From contig OZ237752.1 of the NCBI GenBank assembly GCA_965178125.1, positions 806,001 to 870,000 of the forward strand: 64,000 nucleotides of DNA, in the 5' to 3' direction. The position numbers and the translations under genes are program-made. The stretch comes from Bilabrum cf. latius. Lineage: Eukaryota. Positions within the stretch are counted from its first letter, which is position 1; each line of letters begins with the position of its first letter. Positions 12,501 to 25,765 of this stretch are shown one piece after another. The notes under the pieces were generated by a model, which did not search any database, had not been told where the DNA came from, and saw only the letters and a program-made list of their open reading frames with translations.

Positions 12501-15091
12501 CGGCTGCGGGCATAGATCAGAAACAAGCTGAGAGTGGCTCCAGCAGCAACCACAGCAGCAGCAGCAGCTCGAGTGCTGGTGCAACAGCGCAGCCATCCCA
12601 CGACGTGCGCCCAGCAACTGTGCCGCTCAAATGGTCTGGTGGCAAAGGGCCGTCTACCGGCCTTCAAGCGCTCGCAGTGGTCGCAGATTCCCAGGCAGCC
12701 GCCCAGGGCAGCGATGAAGCAGGCTTGGTCCTCGATGGAGAGGAAACATTCGCCAGCAGGCTAGACTCGGGGGTGTCGTTCCGGCATGCAGTGGCGCTGC
12801 CGAGACCAGAGCTGGTGCCTCTGCACCTGAAGATCCGGCTGAGGCGGGTAGGCAAACCCGTGCTTCCGAACCCACCGGTGATTGCGCACAAGCTGGCCAG
12901 CAGACGCGCGCGAGAAGCGGCCAAGCCCGTCCAAGTGGAAGCGGAGAGGCTGATGAGGCTGGCGGCAAGAGAGCGAGCCGACGCTGCTGCTTCTGTCGCT
13001 GCAGATGCGGGCGCATTTGAGCAGACTGTCCAGTCGGGTAAAGGAGATTCTCACAGTACTAGCGCATTGACAGGCTCCGCTGAACCGCCCAGCGACGCGG
13101 CCATCCAGGTCCCTATGGAAGGCGGTGACGGATAGAGTCAGCTTGCAGGCCGTGATCCAACCGGCGACGGGGCTGAGAGGGGCACTGGGGAGCGACGCAA
13201 GCGCAGGGCTGCAGCGGCGCGCGTGAGCTATGCCCTTGATGACGATGACGACGACGACGATGACGACGACGATGCGGTGGACGCTGGGGCCATGGTCGAT
13301 GACGATGACTCCGTGGTCGGTGGCAGCGACGAGGACGACGAGGAGGAGGACGGGGCTGCTGGTGGTGGCGCTGTGGAAGAAGTCGACGCGTCGAGCGACG
13401 GAAAAGTGGTGATCCCATTGGAGCTCCTCGAGTCGCTGGACCCGTCCGAGTACGCCCACCACGGCCTCTTCCACAAGTTTGACTGGAAGATGCCAGCAGA
13501 TGGCCAAAGTCGCGCCGTGGCCCGGCGCCTGGCTCGCGGGCAGGACCCGGGCGGCAAACAGAAGGCAGCTGATTCGGGCACCGAAGGCGACGCAGACGAT
13601 GAGGGATTGGCACTGGACGGAGACGCTGACGAATCGAGCCCAACAGCCAGTGGCCAAATCGCTGGCAGTGGGGGTGCTGCACCTAGCAAGAAAGTGTACG
13701 ACTTGAAATCGATCAAGGTGGTGGAGGAGGCCGACGAGGACGCAATCTCCACATCTGACGACGAGAGCGTCATGACAGACATCGTGCGGTGCATGGACGA
13801 TGCCGCTCTGCTCGCGTATGAGGACGAGAGGCATGGCGCGGACGACTTTATCATCTACGGGGTTCGAGCCCAGGACCGGAGCCTGTGGGTGCCCCTGATG
13901 CCGGAGCGGCTGCAGGTGGGTGCGGCTCGCGTTGCATCCATGGCATCGAATGACATGTTGATTGCTGCCGGCAACGCCCTGAACAAGATGCAGGAGGCGG
14001 CAGCGGCCAACGGCGATGCCGGTGCTGTTGCGTACGAGCAGAGACGTCGGGAGGATGAGGAAGCCAGAGAGCAGCAGCGCAGGCAAGATGAGGAGGAGCG
14101 CGAAAGGCAGTACCAAGAGCAGCAAGCAGAGGCCCGGAGGCAGCTGCAGCATCGGCCTGCCATCACCTCTGTTCACGTGGAGGATGACGACGATGACGAC
14201 GATGAGGCGTACACCGCCCCCAACCCCAAGTCTAGGAAAGGTAGGGCCAGGATGAAGCCGCGCGGGCCAGAGCCGAAGAAAGAGACGGCTGGACCCAAAT
14301 CAATCACGTTCAAGGTGCAAGCGGCTCCTGCCACAGAGGACCTGCGCCTTAGACCGATTCTGGCTCACCTGATTGACTGGCGGGCGGACGTGGGGTTCAG
14401 GTGCAGGGTTAGGATCAGCCCAATGTCGCGTGACGTCTCGCAGGTCCTTGCCGAGCGGGAGCGAAGCCCTGATTCGGAGGCAGCAATGGTCGAGAGCGTG
14501 TTGTCTCTGCCTGGATGGAGGCCTGCGAACGACGGCAACGAGACAGCTGGGAAGCAGGAATCAGGCACTACGGCGAGTGCAGATGCGGCGGCGGACGCAA
14601 GTGCAGCGAGCGGTAGTGCCTCTCCGTCTGCCTCCTCATCGGCAACGAGCCCGCCGGTCAAGATCCGCATCAAGCCATTCCCCGGCATGCATGATACCTC
14701 GCGGGCTGGCGCTTCGGCCGGCTCGAAGAGGAGCAGACCGGTAGAGGAGAGTGCAGGCGAGCCTGTGGATCGGTACAGGTCCACACCGCTGGTGGAAGCA
14801 TCCGTGAGGTACCCGCGGTACGGCAAGCAGGGCGCGATGAAGGCCCTGGTCCGTCGCGGCCTTCTGAATCGATTGCCCCTTGACCAAGGGCCCAGGGCCA
14901 AGCTCTTCAGGAAGCAGAGGAGGCAGGCAGAGCGAGCGGCGCAGCAGGGTGGGGCAGGGAAGGAGGACAGCGAGTAGGACGAGGAGACGGCGGCAATGGA
15001 GCGAGCAAGGAAGACAAAGTCAGGGCGGCTGTCTGTGTCGTCAAAGCGCTTGGTGGAGCAACTTGGGACAGCTGGCGGCGAGTTGCTCTGA
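9521..15091 (+). CDS. Large hypothetical protein, ~1850 aa, acidic/low-complexity with coiled-coil segments
   Basis: ORFs at 9464, 9677, 11291, 12605 and 13223 share one frame and are separated by TAG; ends at TGA 15089-15091. No family motif recognised. Confidence 0.7.
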
Positions 15092-15309
15092 ATAACGACT
15101 ATCCTATTGTACGCCTCCTGATCGAGACCTAGACCTTGATCTGGATGCTGGTGATTGACGACTGGCTGTCATGGCACTGGAAGGGCATCCGATCCTCAAT
15201 ACATCCAAATTAGCACGCATGCAATCACGCAATTCCTGTAGAAGTCCGGCCCATGCGATAACCGCGTATGGGCTCAGTCCGAGCAATGCGCATGCAGCTG
15301 TCCTTGCAG

Positions 15310-15389
15310 GCAGCTGCCCGTCAGCCCGCGCTGTTCGAATCCCTACAGGGAGGTCGAGTTCCAGCACGGGGCGTCATCCGGTATTCTGC
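15310..15389 (-). promoter_or_regulatory. SECIS element (type II-like) in the 3' UTR of the deiodinase-like gene
   Basis: Minus strand reads ATGAC-GCCCCGTGCTG-GAAC-TCGACCTCCCTGTAGGGATTCGA-A-CAGCGCGGGC-TGAC. This gives an AUGA/GA core, a ~10-bp helix II, unpaired AA and an apical minihelix, ~100 nt after the TAA. Confidence 0.8.
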
Positions 15390-15479
15390 GTGAGCTTCGG
15401 TGATGAACCCATCCCACGGTACACGTTTCAAGCCACACAACCAGTGCAAGCAGCCTGCAATCATGCCTTTTGTGTCACA

Positions 15480-18359
15480 TTAAGACGACGAACCAGCGCC
15501 AGAGGATGCAGCGGCAGGCCACGCCGCAGCAGCGACCGCCTTCCCCGCAAACTCCTTGCTCCCACTGATGAACATCCTGCAGCGCTCCACGAAGTCCTTG
15601 ACGTTCACGTCGGCGCCGTCAGGCTCGCTGATGACTGCCACCTACAGGGTCATGCAGTCCACCATGTAGCAACGCATGGGCCAAGCGCGCATCGACTCAC
15701 CAAACGAGTTGGATGGCGCATCGTCCACCCAGAACCCGTGCTTCCACTTGAATCGATCCACCATAAACTTACAGGCGCGTTGCCGGGAAAGCATGTCTTC
15801 TGTCTGGTCCAGGTCCACAGCCTCCTCCTTGGCATTCCCCAGAAACCTACCAGACCGCACGGGCCACTGATTCCGAGCATGCGCCTCGGCAATGTAGATC
15901 CCGATCATGGTTGCGTCCTTAGCCTCCAGCCCCAAATCGGCCTCAAGCTCCTTATAAATAAGGGCGAAGCCGCGAAACGGGGGTCAGGATGCGCTGCCCG
16001 CCGCAAGGATGGCCCAACGCCTGCCATCGCGCAGCCACAGGTCGCTGCACCGCTGCCGCAAGGAAGCGTACCTCCACTTGTGTGCCTCGATTGGCCCTGC
16101 AGCGTCCGTCTTTGACTCACTCAGCCTTCTTTCGTCACTCGCAGCTGAGGCGCTGCTGCCTGCAGGGCTGTGAAACTTCCGGATGGCATCCGCTGCAGCA
16201 ACCTTGCTGTCAAAATCGGCCAGCTGGACGCCGCACGGCACGCCATCGCCTTCCTGCAGTAAGCCCCATGCGCACCGATTGTGCTTGCCTGCGATAGAGT
16301 GCTCCGGAAAGTCCCACTGCGCATTCCGCAGCGCAGCCAGGGCCAGCCTCTCGCTGCCGCCGAAGTACGCCAGAAATTCGGGCGATTCTGCGACCACCTT
16401 CCTCTGGATCTCTGTGGCCTCGTCCATCCATTCGCTGGCTGCGGTGCTCTCTCTCGAGTGCATGGCAACCTGCCTCTCCTCTGACCGCCTCATGTCGTTC
16501 TCCCTCTTCACCAGCGAGCCGGTGAGGTGATAGTACTTTGGGTCTGTTGACATGAGGTGCGCCACGCGCTCTAGCAGATCTTGGGAAGCTGCACCGTCCG
16601 CGTATGGGTTGGAAGACACCGGTACGCTGCTGCCTGTGGCCAGCAGAGAAGCAGACGGAGCAAAGTCGCCAGACGTTTTAGACTCCGATGCACCGGCTGA
16701 TGTGGCAGCGCTTGGAACCGCTGCAGGTCGCGAGGGGATGATACCTGCTGCTGGCATGTGATCACCGATGCCACCGAGCACCAGCACGGCAGTCTCCTCC
16801 TCGGCTTCGGTGACTGCACTGGCATCTTCTTTCTCAGGCTTGTCAAGACCAAGCAGACCGGCTACCTATATGGCCTGCTTCGCGAGGGTGGGTCCGGCGG
16901 GGCAGATGATGGACCTGCCTCCGCCCACGCCCGGCACCGCAATGTCTAGCTGCGGCCACCTCACGGGCACATTGCCCCGGGAAACAGCGCACTTGCGCAC
17001 CTCTGGCAGCGATAGCAGCTCTGACACGGGCATGTCTGGGCGCAGCTTTGGCACGATGACCGTGCGGCCGACACCATCGGATTCAGGTGACTCGACAAGG
17101 ACGGTGAATGTCTCCGGGTTTGCCGAGGGTGCGATCGGAGCGCCGGCCATTGGATTCGCACTGGGGCCTTGCGGCCAAGTTGGGGGTGCTGATCCCTTCT
17201 CTGCCTCTACTGCACGAATGGCTCGACTTGTCCCTGGTGATTCGCTTGCTGCTGGTCTTGCTGCTGCTACATCTGCTCTATACATGATTGCATCTGCGAG
17301 ACTCCGTGGACCTGGGCTGCTCCCGCCAGATACTGATGCTTCGCTTAATCTTTTCGATGGTCCTACTGGTACTACTTCTGCATACGAGGCTCCGCTAGCC
17401 GCGGTCGCGGAGGAGGGAGGTCGCAGTTGCGGTGTGTAGATCGCCCTGAGGGCGCCTACACACAGCCCGTGAATCGGATCGCCAGGATGCAGTGCTCTCG
17501 TCACGCGAGGACCGGCAGGGGCAACTGCCAGGGATGGGCGAGCAATTCCTGCGCCTGCTCGCCTGCCCACGCGGATTCGGATCGTTGACGGGAGCACCTG
17601 CTCGGATACCTTGCTCGCCTGGTATGGCGCGGCCGTGGTAGCTGCCACATCATCAATGGGAATCGCAGCGTCTTCTTTACGCTCCGCATCAGACCCATTG
17701 CCCAATTTAGCTGGAGATTTCAGTCTTGCCGCCAGCTGCCCGCTTCGCCACGCAATTGCTCCGAGGTCTCGTACTGTTGCAGCCCTGGGGAGCCCATCAC
17801 AGCCATCAGGATCGCCTTCAAGGACAGGTACAAACACACGAGACTCTATAGCAATTGGCAAACTGCAGTCCATGCGATGTGAAAGGCTTGCCCGAATCGA
17901 AGCCGCCAGCTCGACCGCCACAACTTCACTCGATGGACGATGAAGCCGGAAAGCACTCATTTTCCCATCTGGCAGCAAAACAGGCACCTGCATAGATGAT
18001 TTGGCTGACTATCTTTTTACAGAGTCTCGCGCGTCCAACTGAGATCGAGCATGAAGCGATAACGCACCCTTGATTCGCGACAGATTGCCAGCAGCGGTGG
18101 TAAACTCTCTTGCCAATGCCTTGTTCTCGACGTACTCTCTCCCTTTCTCGAGCGAGAACATATTTGAGGATGATCTTCCTGGGATAATGCACAAAGTAAC
18201 CTTGGGGTCTAGATACAGAGCCGCCACGGCGGCGTTCTCGACAGCATCACGCAAGCTGCCGATCTCGGCTACCTGATCTGCCAAGACTCGAACTTCTATC
18301 TGCCTGTCGCGAAGCCTCCGCCTGGATATAGGCAACTTAACTTGCACGCTAGCCTTCAT
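15480..18359 (-). CDS. Iodothyronine deiodinase-like selenoprotein (thioredoxin fold) with long N-terminal extension, ~960 aa; UGA at 15984-15986 read as Sec
   Basis: ILAAGSAS-TGA-PPF followed by IYIAEAHARNQWP, WVDD and AWPMRCY matches the deiodinase GSxSUPPF / YIxEAH motifs. ORFs 18009-18359, 16866-17993, 15984-16787 and 15642-15935 are in one frame. Ends at TAA, with a SECIS downstream. Confidence 0.85.
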
Positions 18360-18497
18360 TAGGAGAGATCCTAGCCCTGTATCGGGTGCAAGTGCCTCGT
18401 CTTTCGGAAAATCCGGTATATTTGATTAGCATTGCAAAACTGCTCGCAACCAATCCAGCCGTTTGACAGCATCTTTCGGACGCAATATCACCGAACC

Positions 18498-21400
18498 ATG
18501 GCAGGTTATTCTTATGGACGGGATGGAAACTATATGGGAGGTCTTGAATCTAGCGGCGAATAGGATCGCGGATTCGGTTACGGCGATGATCTCGGTGGAA
18601 GCGATAGTTTTGGGAATTCTGCCGGGAACGGTGGATACGACGACAGTGCTGACTACGACTTTGGTATTGAGGATGCAGCAGCATAGGAGGGTGGTAGAAG
18701 TGCTTCTCCCCCAAAAGGGCGTGTGAGTGGGAAGGATGCTTTGGCCCAAGCAAAGGCTGCGTTGGCCAAGGCTGGATTTGCAGGCGGTCGTCACGGTGGC
18801 TTCCGATCCAATCGCACGAAGGAAATTCCAACCGCTCAGCCAGGCAGTGCGGCTTCAGGAAGAAGCAGCGGATTCGGTCGCGATCGGCAGTCCCCTGGTG
18901 CGGCTCCAGGCGGCGGCTTCGCGATCGAAGACGACGAGGACTCTTCAGTGAGCGACTTCGAGTTCGACGCCGGCGGCGAAGGCGGAAACCGCACTCCGCA
19001 TTTGGCTGGAGGTAATCATGCAACAGGAATGACTAGGCAAACCGCAGCTAGAGGTAGTGGTGGGCTGAGTGGCTGGGAAGACGACGACGACAGAGCCGGC
19101 GGCGGCCTCGTGGGTGGCTTGGACGGGGGGGCGCCCATCCCGCCTACTGCTGCGGGCCTGGGAGACGGGGACGATGACGATGACGATAACGATGACGATG
19201 AATCTATTGAACTGAATGCAGAGGGGCTGGGCGTGGCGGCTCCGCGGCAGGGCAGCAGCGGCCGCAACCACCAGGCAGCATCGACCAGACACCCAGGCGC
19301 GGCCAGGACGGCCGCAGGCTCGGGCGGGTCTGCCGGTCGAAACTCTTCACCGGTGGATGAGTTCGTGCTGGAGGATTCCGACTCGTTTGGCTCCTCTGAC
19401 GCGCGCCCCCTGTCCCCGGGCACTCTGAGACAACAGGCCGCCGCCCGGGTCGCTGCACGGAGGGGAGTGACGAGTGCTGGGGGTGTGATGAGTGGCCCCA
19501 GCGGTGGGGCCGCTGGCACCGGCAATCGGCAGTCCTCCATTGCGTCGGTTCTGGCGGGGATTGGGCCTCACGGCGGGTAGGGCAGGCAACCAGTGGGACC
19601 GGGCGCGGTGGCTGGCCACTACGGTGACGTGAGCGCTGACTCGATCCCTGACGACGATGACAGCCTGGAAATTGACGCGGGGGCTGGTGCAGGAGCTGGA
19701 GGTGCTGCTACAACCGCTGCTAGATATGCCGTTGCCACGCAGGGCAGCGGGGCTGGCAGCACACCAGCCCACCATCCGATCCCAGTTGGGACCCGAGTGA
19801 CGGCGCGATTCGGCGGGTCGTCAGGGGATGAGTGGTACGGGGGCAAAGTCATGAACTGCAGGCACGTGGGCGCCAAGACCGGCGAGGATCCTGCCGTTGC
19901 CTGGATCTACGAGATCGACTACGATGACGGCGACCATGAGGACGACTTGGAGGGCACTTGGGTCAGGCCGAAAGACGGCGAGGTGGGCCGGATGATGCAG
20001 CAGCAGAGGTAGGAATAGCAGACGGCGCCTCAGTAGCATTCGGGCAGCAACTCGCGCCCGACAGCAGGCCAGTCTCAACCTCTCACGGAGCAAGGGTCGC
20101 ACGTGCCCAGCGTGGCTGGTGGAGACACCGCCTCCGAGATACCGGACGACGACGAGTCCAGCCAGCGGGCATCACAAACCAGCCCACGGCCAGGATCCGG
20201 CTCGCAAGGCCTTGCACGGCAGCAAGGTCAGGGCTAGGGCTAGCTTAAGTTCATAGGCTCGATCGGGAGGTAGTCGAGCAACCTGACCGTTGGCACGAGG
20301 TATTCGGAGGATTTCGAGGACGAAGAGGGCGAGGGTGAAGGGGTTGAGGAGGATGGGGACGGGGATGGGGATGCTGGGGAAACCGGGCGGGTGCACACGC
20401 ACGCAGACAGCGGCAAGCCGCCTCGTGCTGCTGCTGTGCAGCCATTTGCTGGCAGCGCGGTGCGGGGTGGCGACGTGGCCAACTCGCCCACAGGTACCCG
20501 CGACAACGAAGCCGAGGACACGTACGGCTCAGAGCAGTTCGAGTCGACGGGCATGACTGGCTCGCTAAGGCGGTCGGGTGTTGGTCGCCTGTCAGGACAG
20601 TCGCCTGCCAGTGGGCAGGCCCGCCCCAGCCAGCACTCTCGCGTGGCGTGGAGCCGTGACCTGGAGTCAGATGGCAGGCCAGCAGTTGCACAAGTTCGGT
20701 CTGTGGGCATATAGTGCGATTTAGCAGCACCCACCGGAGGTGGCAGGGGTCCTCCGTTCGCCCGGATTGGCAGGGATGCTTCCCTTGGACGATCGGATGC
20801 TGGCACTGGACCCGACGGTGAACAGCATCAGCATCAGCACGTACCCCAGGGCCAATCGGCTGGCGGCGTGTGGGCATGGCACCCTGCTCTTGGACAGGTC
20901 TGGGTGCCGAGCCCAGCCAACGCTTCTTCCTTCGGCCGGGGAGTCCCTCCCCCGCCCCCTCCTCCTGCCCACCAGCACCAGGTTATGCCGCCACAGCTGC
21001 CGCACATGGGTATGGGAGGCATGGGTATGGGACCAACAGGACCGAGCATGGCAGGACCCTTCGCGGGTGGGGCGTGGGGGTACCCGTCCGGTCACGCGCA
21101 GTTCGGGGGTGTCTATGGCGGCCCGTGGCAGCAACCAACACCAGCTGCAAGCGCGCAATCTACGTTTTCTGGAGACAATGCGCGCCTACAGCTGCTGGCA
21201 CGCGCGGTGGAGGGCTTGGGTGGTGTGTCGGGGCATGCTGCGGCCTCGCGAGCTGCCTTCGCCGGGGGGGCGAGCGCTTCGGGACAGCGCGCAAAAAGTA
21301 CGCAGAATGACGGGCCTGGTGGAGGTGGTGCTAACGAAATACCATCAAAAGTTGAGTCCGTTGGACCCAGCAGAAGTGATGCTGGAGCACGGGGATCCGC

Positions 21401-21833
21401 TGCGGCAGCAGAGTCGGCAGCAGCAGCATCACAGCAGCAGCAGCAACCGCCCCAGACCGCGGCAGGACTCGGACTCGGACTCGGAGGGAGCCTGTTCCCC
21501 GGAAGCTCCCCCCTCGCGCACGCACTGGCCACCGTACTGTCGCGCCGGTCCGCAACGAGCTGGTCTCAGCCACTTTTGCCTGGGCGAAGCATGCGCTACG
21601 CGGACAGGGTATTGTCCCACCTGCAGGTCGTGCGCCAGTCGTTGAGGCAGACCCGAGAAGCTGCTCAGCTGCGGCAGATGCCACAAAACACAGGCTAGAG
21701 CGGTGGGAAGGACACGCATGGGGTTGGGACGAGGGATCCGCTCACCGGATGGGACCTCAGCCGGCGGCCGCAGGTGGTGGGTCCTGCCCAAGCCAAGGAC
21801 ATCGTCGCAGAGCGGGAGGCTGCAGGACTGTGA
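18498..21833 (+). CDS. Gly/Asp-rich disordered protein with a central Tudor-like domain, ~1110 aa
   Basis: GTRVTARFGG...EWYGGKV...YEIDYDDGDHEDDL at ~19785-19965 is Tudor-like. Same-frame fragments joined across TAG; ends at TGA 21831-21833. Confidence 0.72.
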
Positions 21834-22201
21834 AACGAATCAAGAGGTGGGCGGCGCGTCGGAGAGGCGTGCTTGCGTTATTGAGTAGAAACAAAGATGG
21901 AATGTTGTGTGTTTAACGGCATTTGGATCCACCATGTGTTTGTCTAGGTGCACTTTCACGCCAAAACACGCTACCCGATCCAAGCCCGGCAGACGAAAGA
22001 CAGGCTCAAGTGATAGAGTCAGCTGCTGCCAAAGTCCCAACGAGATCACACGGAGCAGTCCATGCATACCGAGAGAAGCGCAGTCTCGACCTGGATTGAG
22101 ACCCTTGGAGACAGCGATTCGCCCATCTCCCTCGATCCGATGGTCCCTACCGCAGGTGCAACCACACCACCGCCGCACATTCGCTCGAATGCAACGCCAC
22201 A

Positions 22202-25200
22202 TCACGGCTTCAGCTTCAGCTGATCTCCTCCGTACGACTCCAGGTCCATCGGCAGGTACTCGCCACGCGCCCACTTCTCAAGCAGCGCCGTGTACCCTGT
22301 AGAAAACTCGTTGCCGTCCTGCCCAAGCGGATTGAGGTACCGAGACGCCGGCATGTCCCCGAGGTCTACGATCTGCCGGTAGGACGGCCCCGCCACCTGA
22401 TGCATGTCGCCGTTAAGATCGTCCAGCGCAAACATGCCCACGTTCACGCTGCTGCCGTCGCCCCCGTGCCCGATCTCTCGGTTGGCCATGCACTTGAGGG
22501 GTGACTGGCCCAGGATGATGTGCGCGAACAGGCCCTTGTGCAGACCAACGCCCCACTGGTACTTCTCCGGGCCCTTGCTGCCTCGTGCCACAGCGTGCAC
22601 GAGCTCGCCGTGCCTGTGCTCCACGTCGCTCAGAGACTGAGCCAGGAGGACGCCGCAGCCGTCGGGACACGACGAAGCATCGCCGCCGGTGAGGGCGTTC
22701 CAAAGCCACCCAGGGTCCCTCCAGATGATGCCACCCGTGCTCTGCTCGGCGCGATGCGCCAGGGCGCGCCGCCACATGGACACCAGGGTTGCCTCTGGTG
22801 AACCCACCTCCATCTGAACGGTCCAGTTGGCCAGGTTGCGGACGGCCTCTGCCGCGGTGGAGGACAGCGACAGCGGAGCTTCGGTGGCCTTTGGCCCCGC
22901 GAGCCCGAGCTGTACGGCACCCCTGAGCATGTCTGCTGCCATGTAGGAGCGGTAGTCCAGCTGGATGTTCGGCATGTCGTCCCGCGTGAGTTTGTGGTTG
23001 GCGGCTTCGGCCTAGCACACGAGGTCGGTGATCCTCTTTGCCCTATATCCCACGGACCCAGAGTCCCAGTCGTAGGTGATGGCATGCGGGTACGTAGGCG
23101 GCGTAATCCGGTTGTTGGCCGTGACGATGAGGTCTTCGGGGGGGTTCAAGGCCGCGGGCATCTGGTCAAAGTCGAGGATGCCCTTCCAGTCGTACTTGGG
23201 GTCGCCCTCCCCGGGCACCACCCAGCTGCCAGAGAACGACGGGTCCCGGATCGGCACCTTGCCCGTCATGCGGTAGGCAATGTTGCCCTGGGTGTCCGCG
23301 AACATCATGTTCTGCGAGGGGTTTACGAACGTTCGCAAAGCGTGCTCCCACTGGCCGTGGTCCCTGGCCTGCTGGATGCGGAAGAAGGACTCGTAGGTCG
23401 TGTCGTTGATGCTCGGGTCGGAGCCGATCCACCGCAGGGCGACGGGAGGGTGCGACTAGGACGGCCGGTACTTGGCGAACTGCATCAGGTCTGTGATGAC
23501 GGGCCCGTAAGGAGTCTCCCGCACGTTGAGCACCTCTGGTTTCTTCTTTCCCTTGATCACAATCTCTTCCCTTCGGATGTTGTAGTCCTTCCAGACCCCC
23601 TTGTACTTGTACTGGGGAAAGCCTCCCTCTGGGTTGGGCCTCTCGTTCATTGCGAACAGGTCCTGCACGTCTGCTCCCGAGTTCGTGACTCCCCAGGCGA
23701 TGTGACGATTGCGTCCGATCACGACCGAGGGCAACCCAACGAAGACCGCTCCCATTGCATCCAGCTGAGGGTCGCTGGCCGTTCCGTTCCCAATGGCCTT
23801 CAAATGGGTAGCGACCCAGATGGACGGGGCCATGAGAGTCAAGTGCGGGTCGTTGCACAAGATAGGCTTCCCTGTCTTGGTCCTGCTGCCTCCGATGACC
23901 CAGCCATTCGAGGCCCCCAGCCCGTCGCTCTTGAGCATCTTCCCGAACTTGCCGAACTTGAGCCCCTCAGGAAGCACCAGGTCCAGCCACGACGCTGAGC
24001 CATCCCCTTCGTCCGCGTCGTCTTCTTCCTTCTTATCAGAGCGGAAGAAGCCATCGGACTCCGTGCCTTCTTGCGAAAGGACGTCGCCGTATGCCTCCTG
24101 CATGGCCCGCCGGATGCGGGCCAGAGCCTGCTGCGAGTCAGCGTCTGGAAGCTCGGCGCCCATGGCTCCCAGCACGTCCGCCGCTGACACCGAGGCTGCG
24201 CCCTCCACCGAGGCTGAACTCTAGAGGCTATCCGTGGAGCTGTTGGACCACGGGTTGCCCCCTGCGTCTGGGTTGCCCGCAGGGTCCGTGTAGGGGTACT
24301 GGCACCCGTACACGTTGGCGGGGTCAGACCCCGGGTGCCCCGCGGGATCGATTCCCGCCGGTGATAGCGCGATGGGGAAGCGGCTGGTGTTGTACGGGGG
24401 CATCAGCTGCACGGTGCGCTCCTCCGAGAGCCCGCTCAGCTGGTTCAGCTCGTATCTATCGAGGCACTTCTTTAGGTTGCCCGCTAGCTCCCAGGCCATG
24501 ATCTTCTCCCACACCAGCGAGTCCTCTATCCTCCATGGGGCCAGCTGCCCGGTCTTGACACCGAGCACGGTGAACTCCAAGGGCCGTTGGGAGTGCTTGG
24601 ATTGCACCCACTGGTTGATGCCGTCGGCGTAGGCCTGCAGGACCATGGTGGCTTCTGCCGAAAGGCTCGGCTTGGCTCGCTTGGCGGCCTCGTACACGTT
24701 CAGCGCTCGCATGAGCTGGTCCATTTCCAGCCCTCCCTTGCCCACGATCTCGCTCAACCTGCCCTGTCCGACCCTCCTCTGGAACTCCAGCTGCCACAGC
24801 CGCATGGAGGCGTGGTTGATGCCGAGTGCGAACGCCGCGTCGTGCATCGAGTTCGCGTTAATGTGAACCGTTCCATGCCCGTCGTGTGTGTGGCCCGCAC
24901 CGCTGTATGTGATAGTAACTTCGTCTTGCAAGTGCCCGAACCGCATCGTGCCGGTGCGCCTGACTTTGGCAGCGCCCCTGGCATACACTACGGCGAAACC
25001 AAGTACCCATGTGAACACAACGGCGAGCACGCAAACTGCCCTCATGGTCCAAGCAGCGACACAAAGCGGCGTGCTGGATTTCATTGATAGCGAAGAACCG
25101 CCTGCGTTCGCGCTATCTCCCCATTGGTTTGCATTACCGCTGGTTCTTTTGTTTACGGCAGTATCGCCGTAAAACCCATCTTCAGTCTTAGATTCTTCCA

Positions 25201-25609
25201 CCGAGGGCTGCGAGAAGGCGTCGGCGTCAGCAAATGGCGAAACATATTCTCCACTTGCAGTTGGCCCAATCTAGCCCCGTTGTACGGCGGAGGCACCATT
25301 CGCACCTTGGCCAAGGAGGCCACGGGAGTCTTCACTTGCACTCCCTTTCCCCTCGCCAGACGATGGACAAAGGCAATTCCCAAAAACTGACACCCACACG
25401 TAGACCAGAGGTAAGAGCACGCCTCCTAAGGCGCCTACGATAACAAATGCCACGATGCTGCTGCACCAGTGCATGAGAATAGTCAAACTAGCTCCCATGC
25501 AGCTGAGAGCGGCAATCGATACAATAGCTGCACCAACATGCACGTATCGCTCTACAAATACTGGTAAGCAGCAGCAAGTTCCACTAGCATACCGCTCTGT
25601 GGTAGCCAT
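22202..25609 (-). CDS. Penicillin amidase/acylase family S45 (Ntn hydrolase) with N-terminal TM helices, ~1135 aa
   Basis: FALGINHASMRLWQLEFQRRVGQGRLSEI, A|SNGWVIGG (catalytic Ser), LCNDPHL, IGRNRHIAWGVTN, QNMMFADTQGNI, TANNRI, YRAKRI, GPSYRQIVDL. Three hydrophobic segments lie upstream. Ends at TGA; the start codon is inferred. Confidence 0.9.
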
Positions 25610-25765
25610 GCTTGGGTGTTCACGCCAAGAGTGCTGTTTGTGTGGCGGGCAGGCGCAGGTGCGGCTTTGTTCCATCAGCTTGGCGCCGCGCAATAGCGGA
25701 GCGGAACATGGGGCGCCGGTATTCGAGACATCTCTTTGGTACCGTTTTTCTGACGATTCAATGAA

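Noticed and set aside
15984-15986. General UGA reassignment
   Set aside because: The only in-frame TGA I found is at the Sec site of the deiodinase-like gene; TGA ends about ten other genes.
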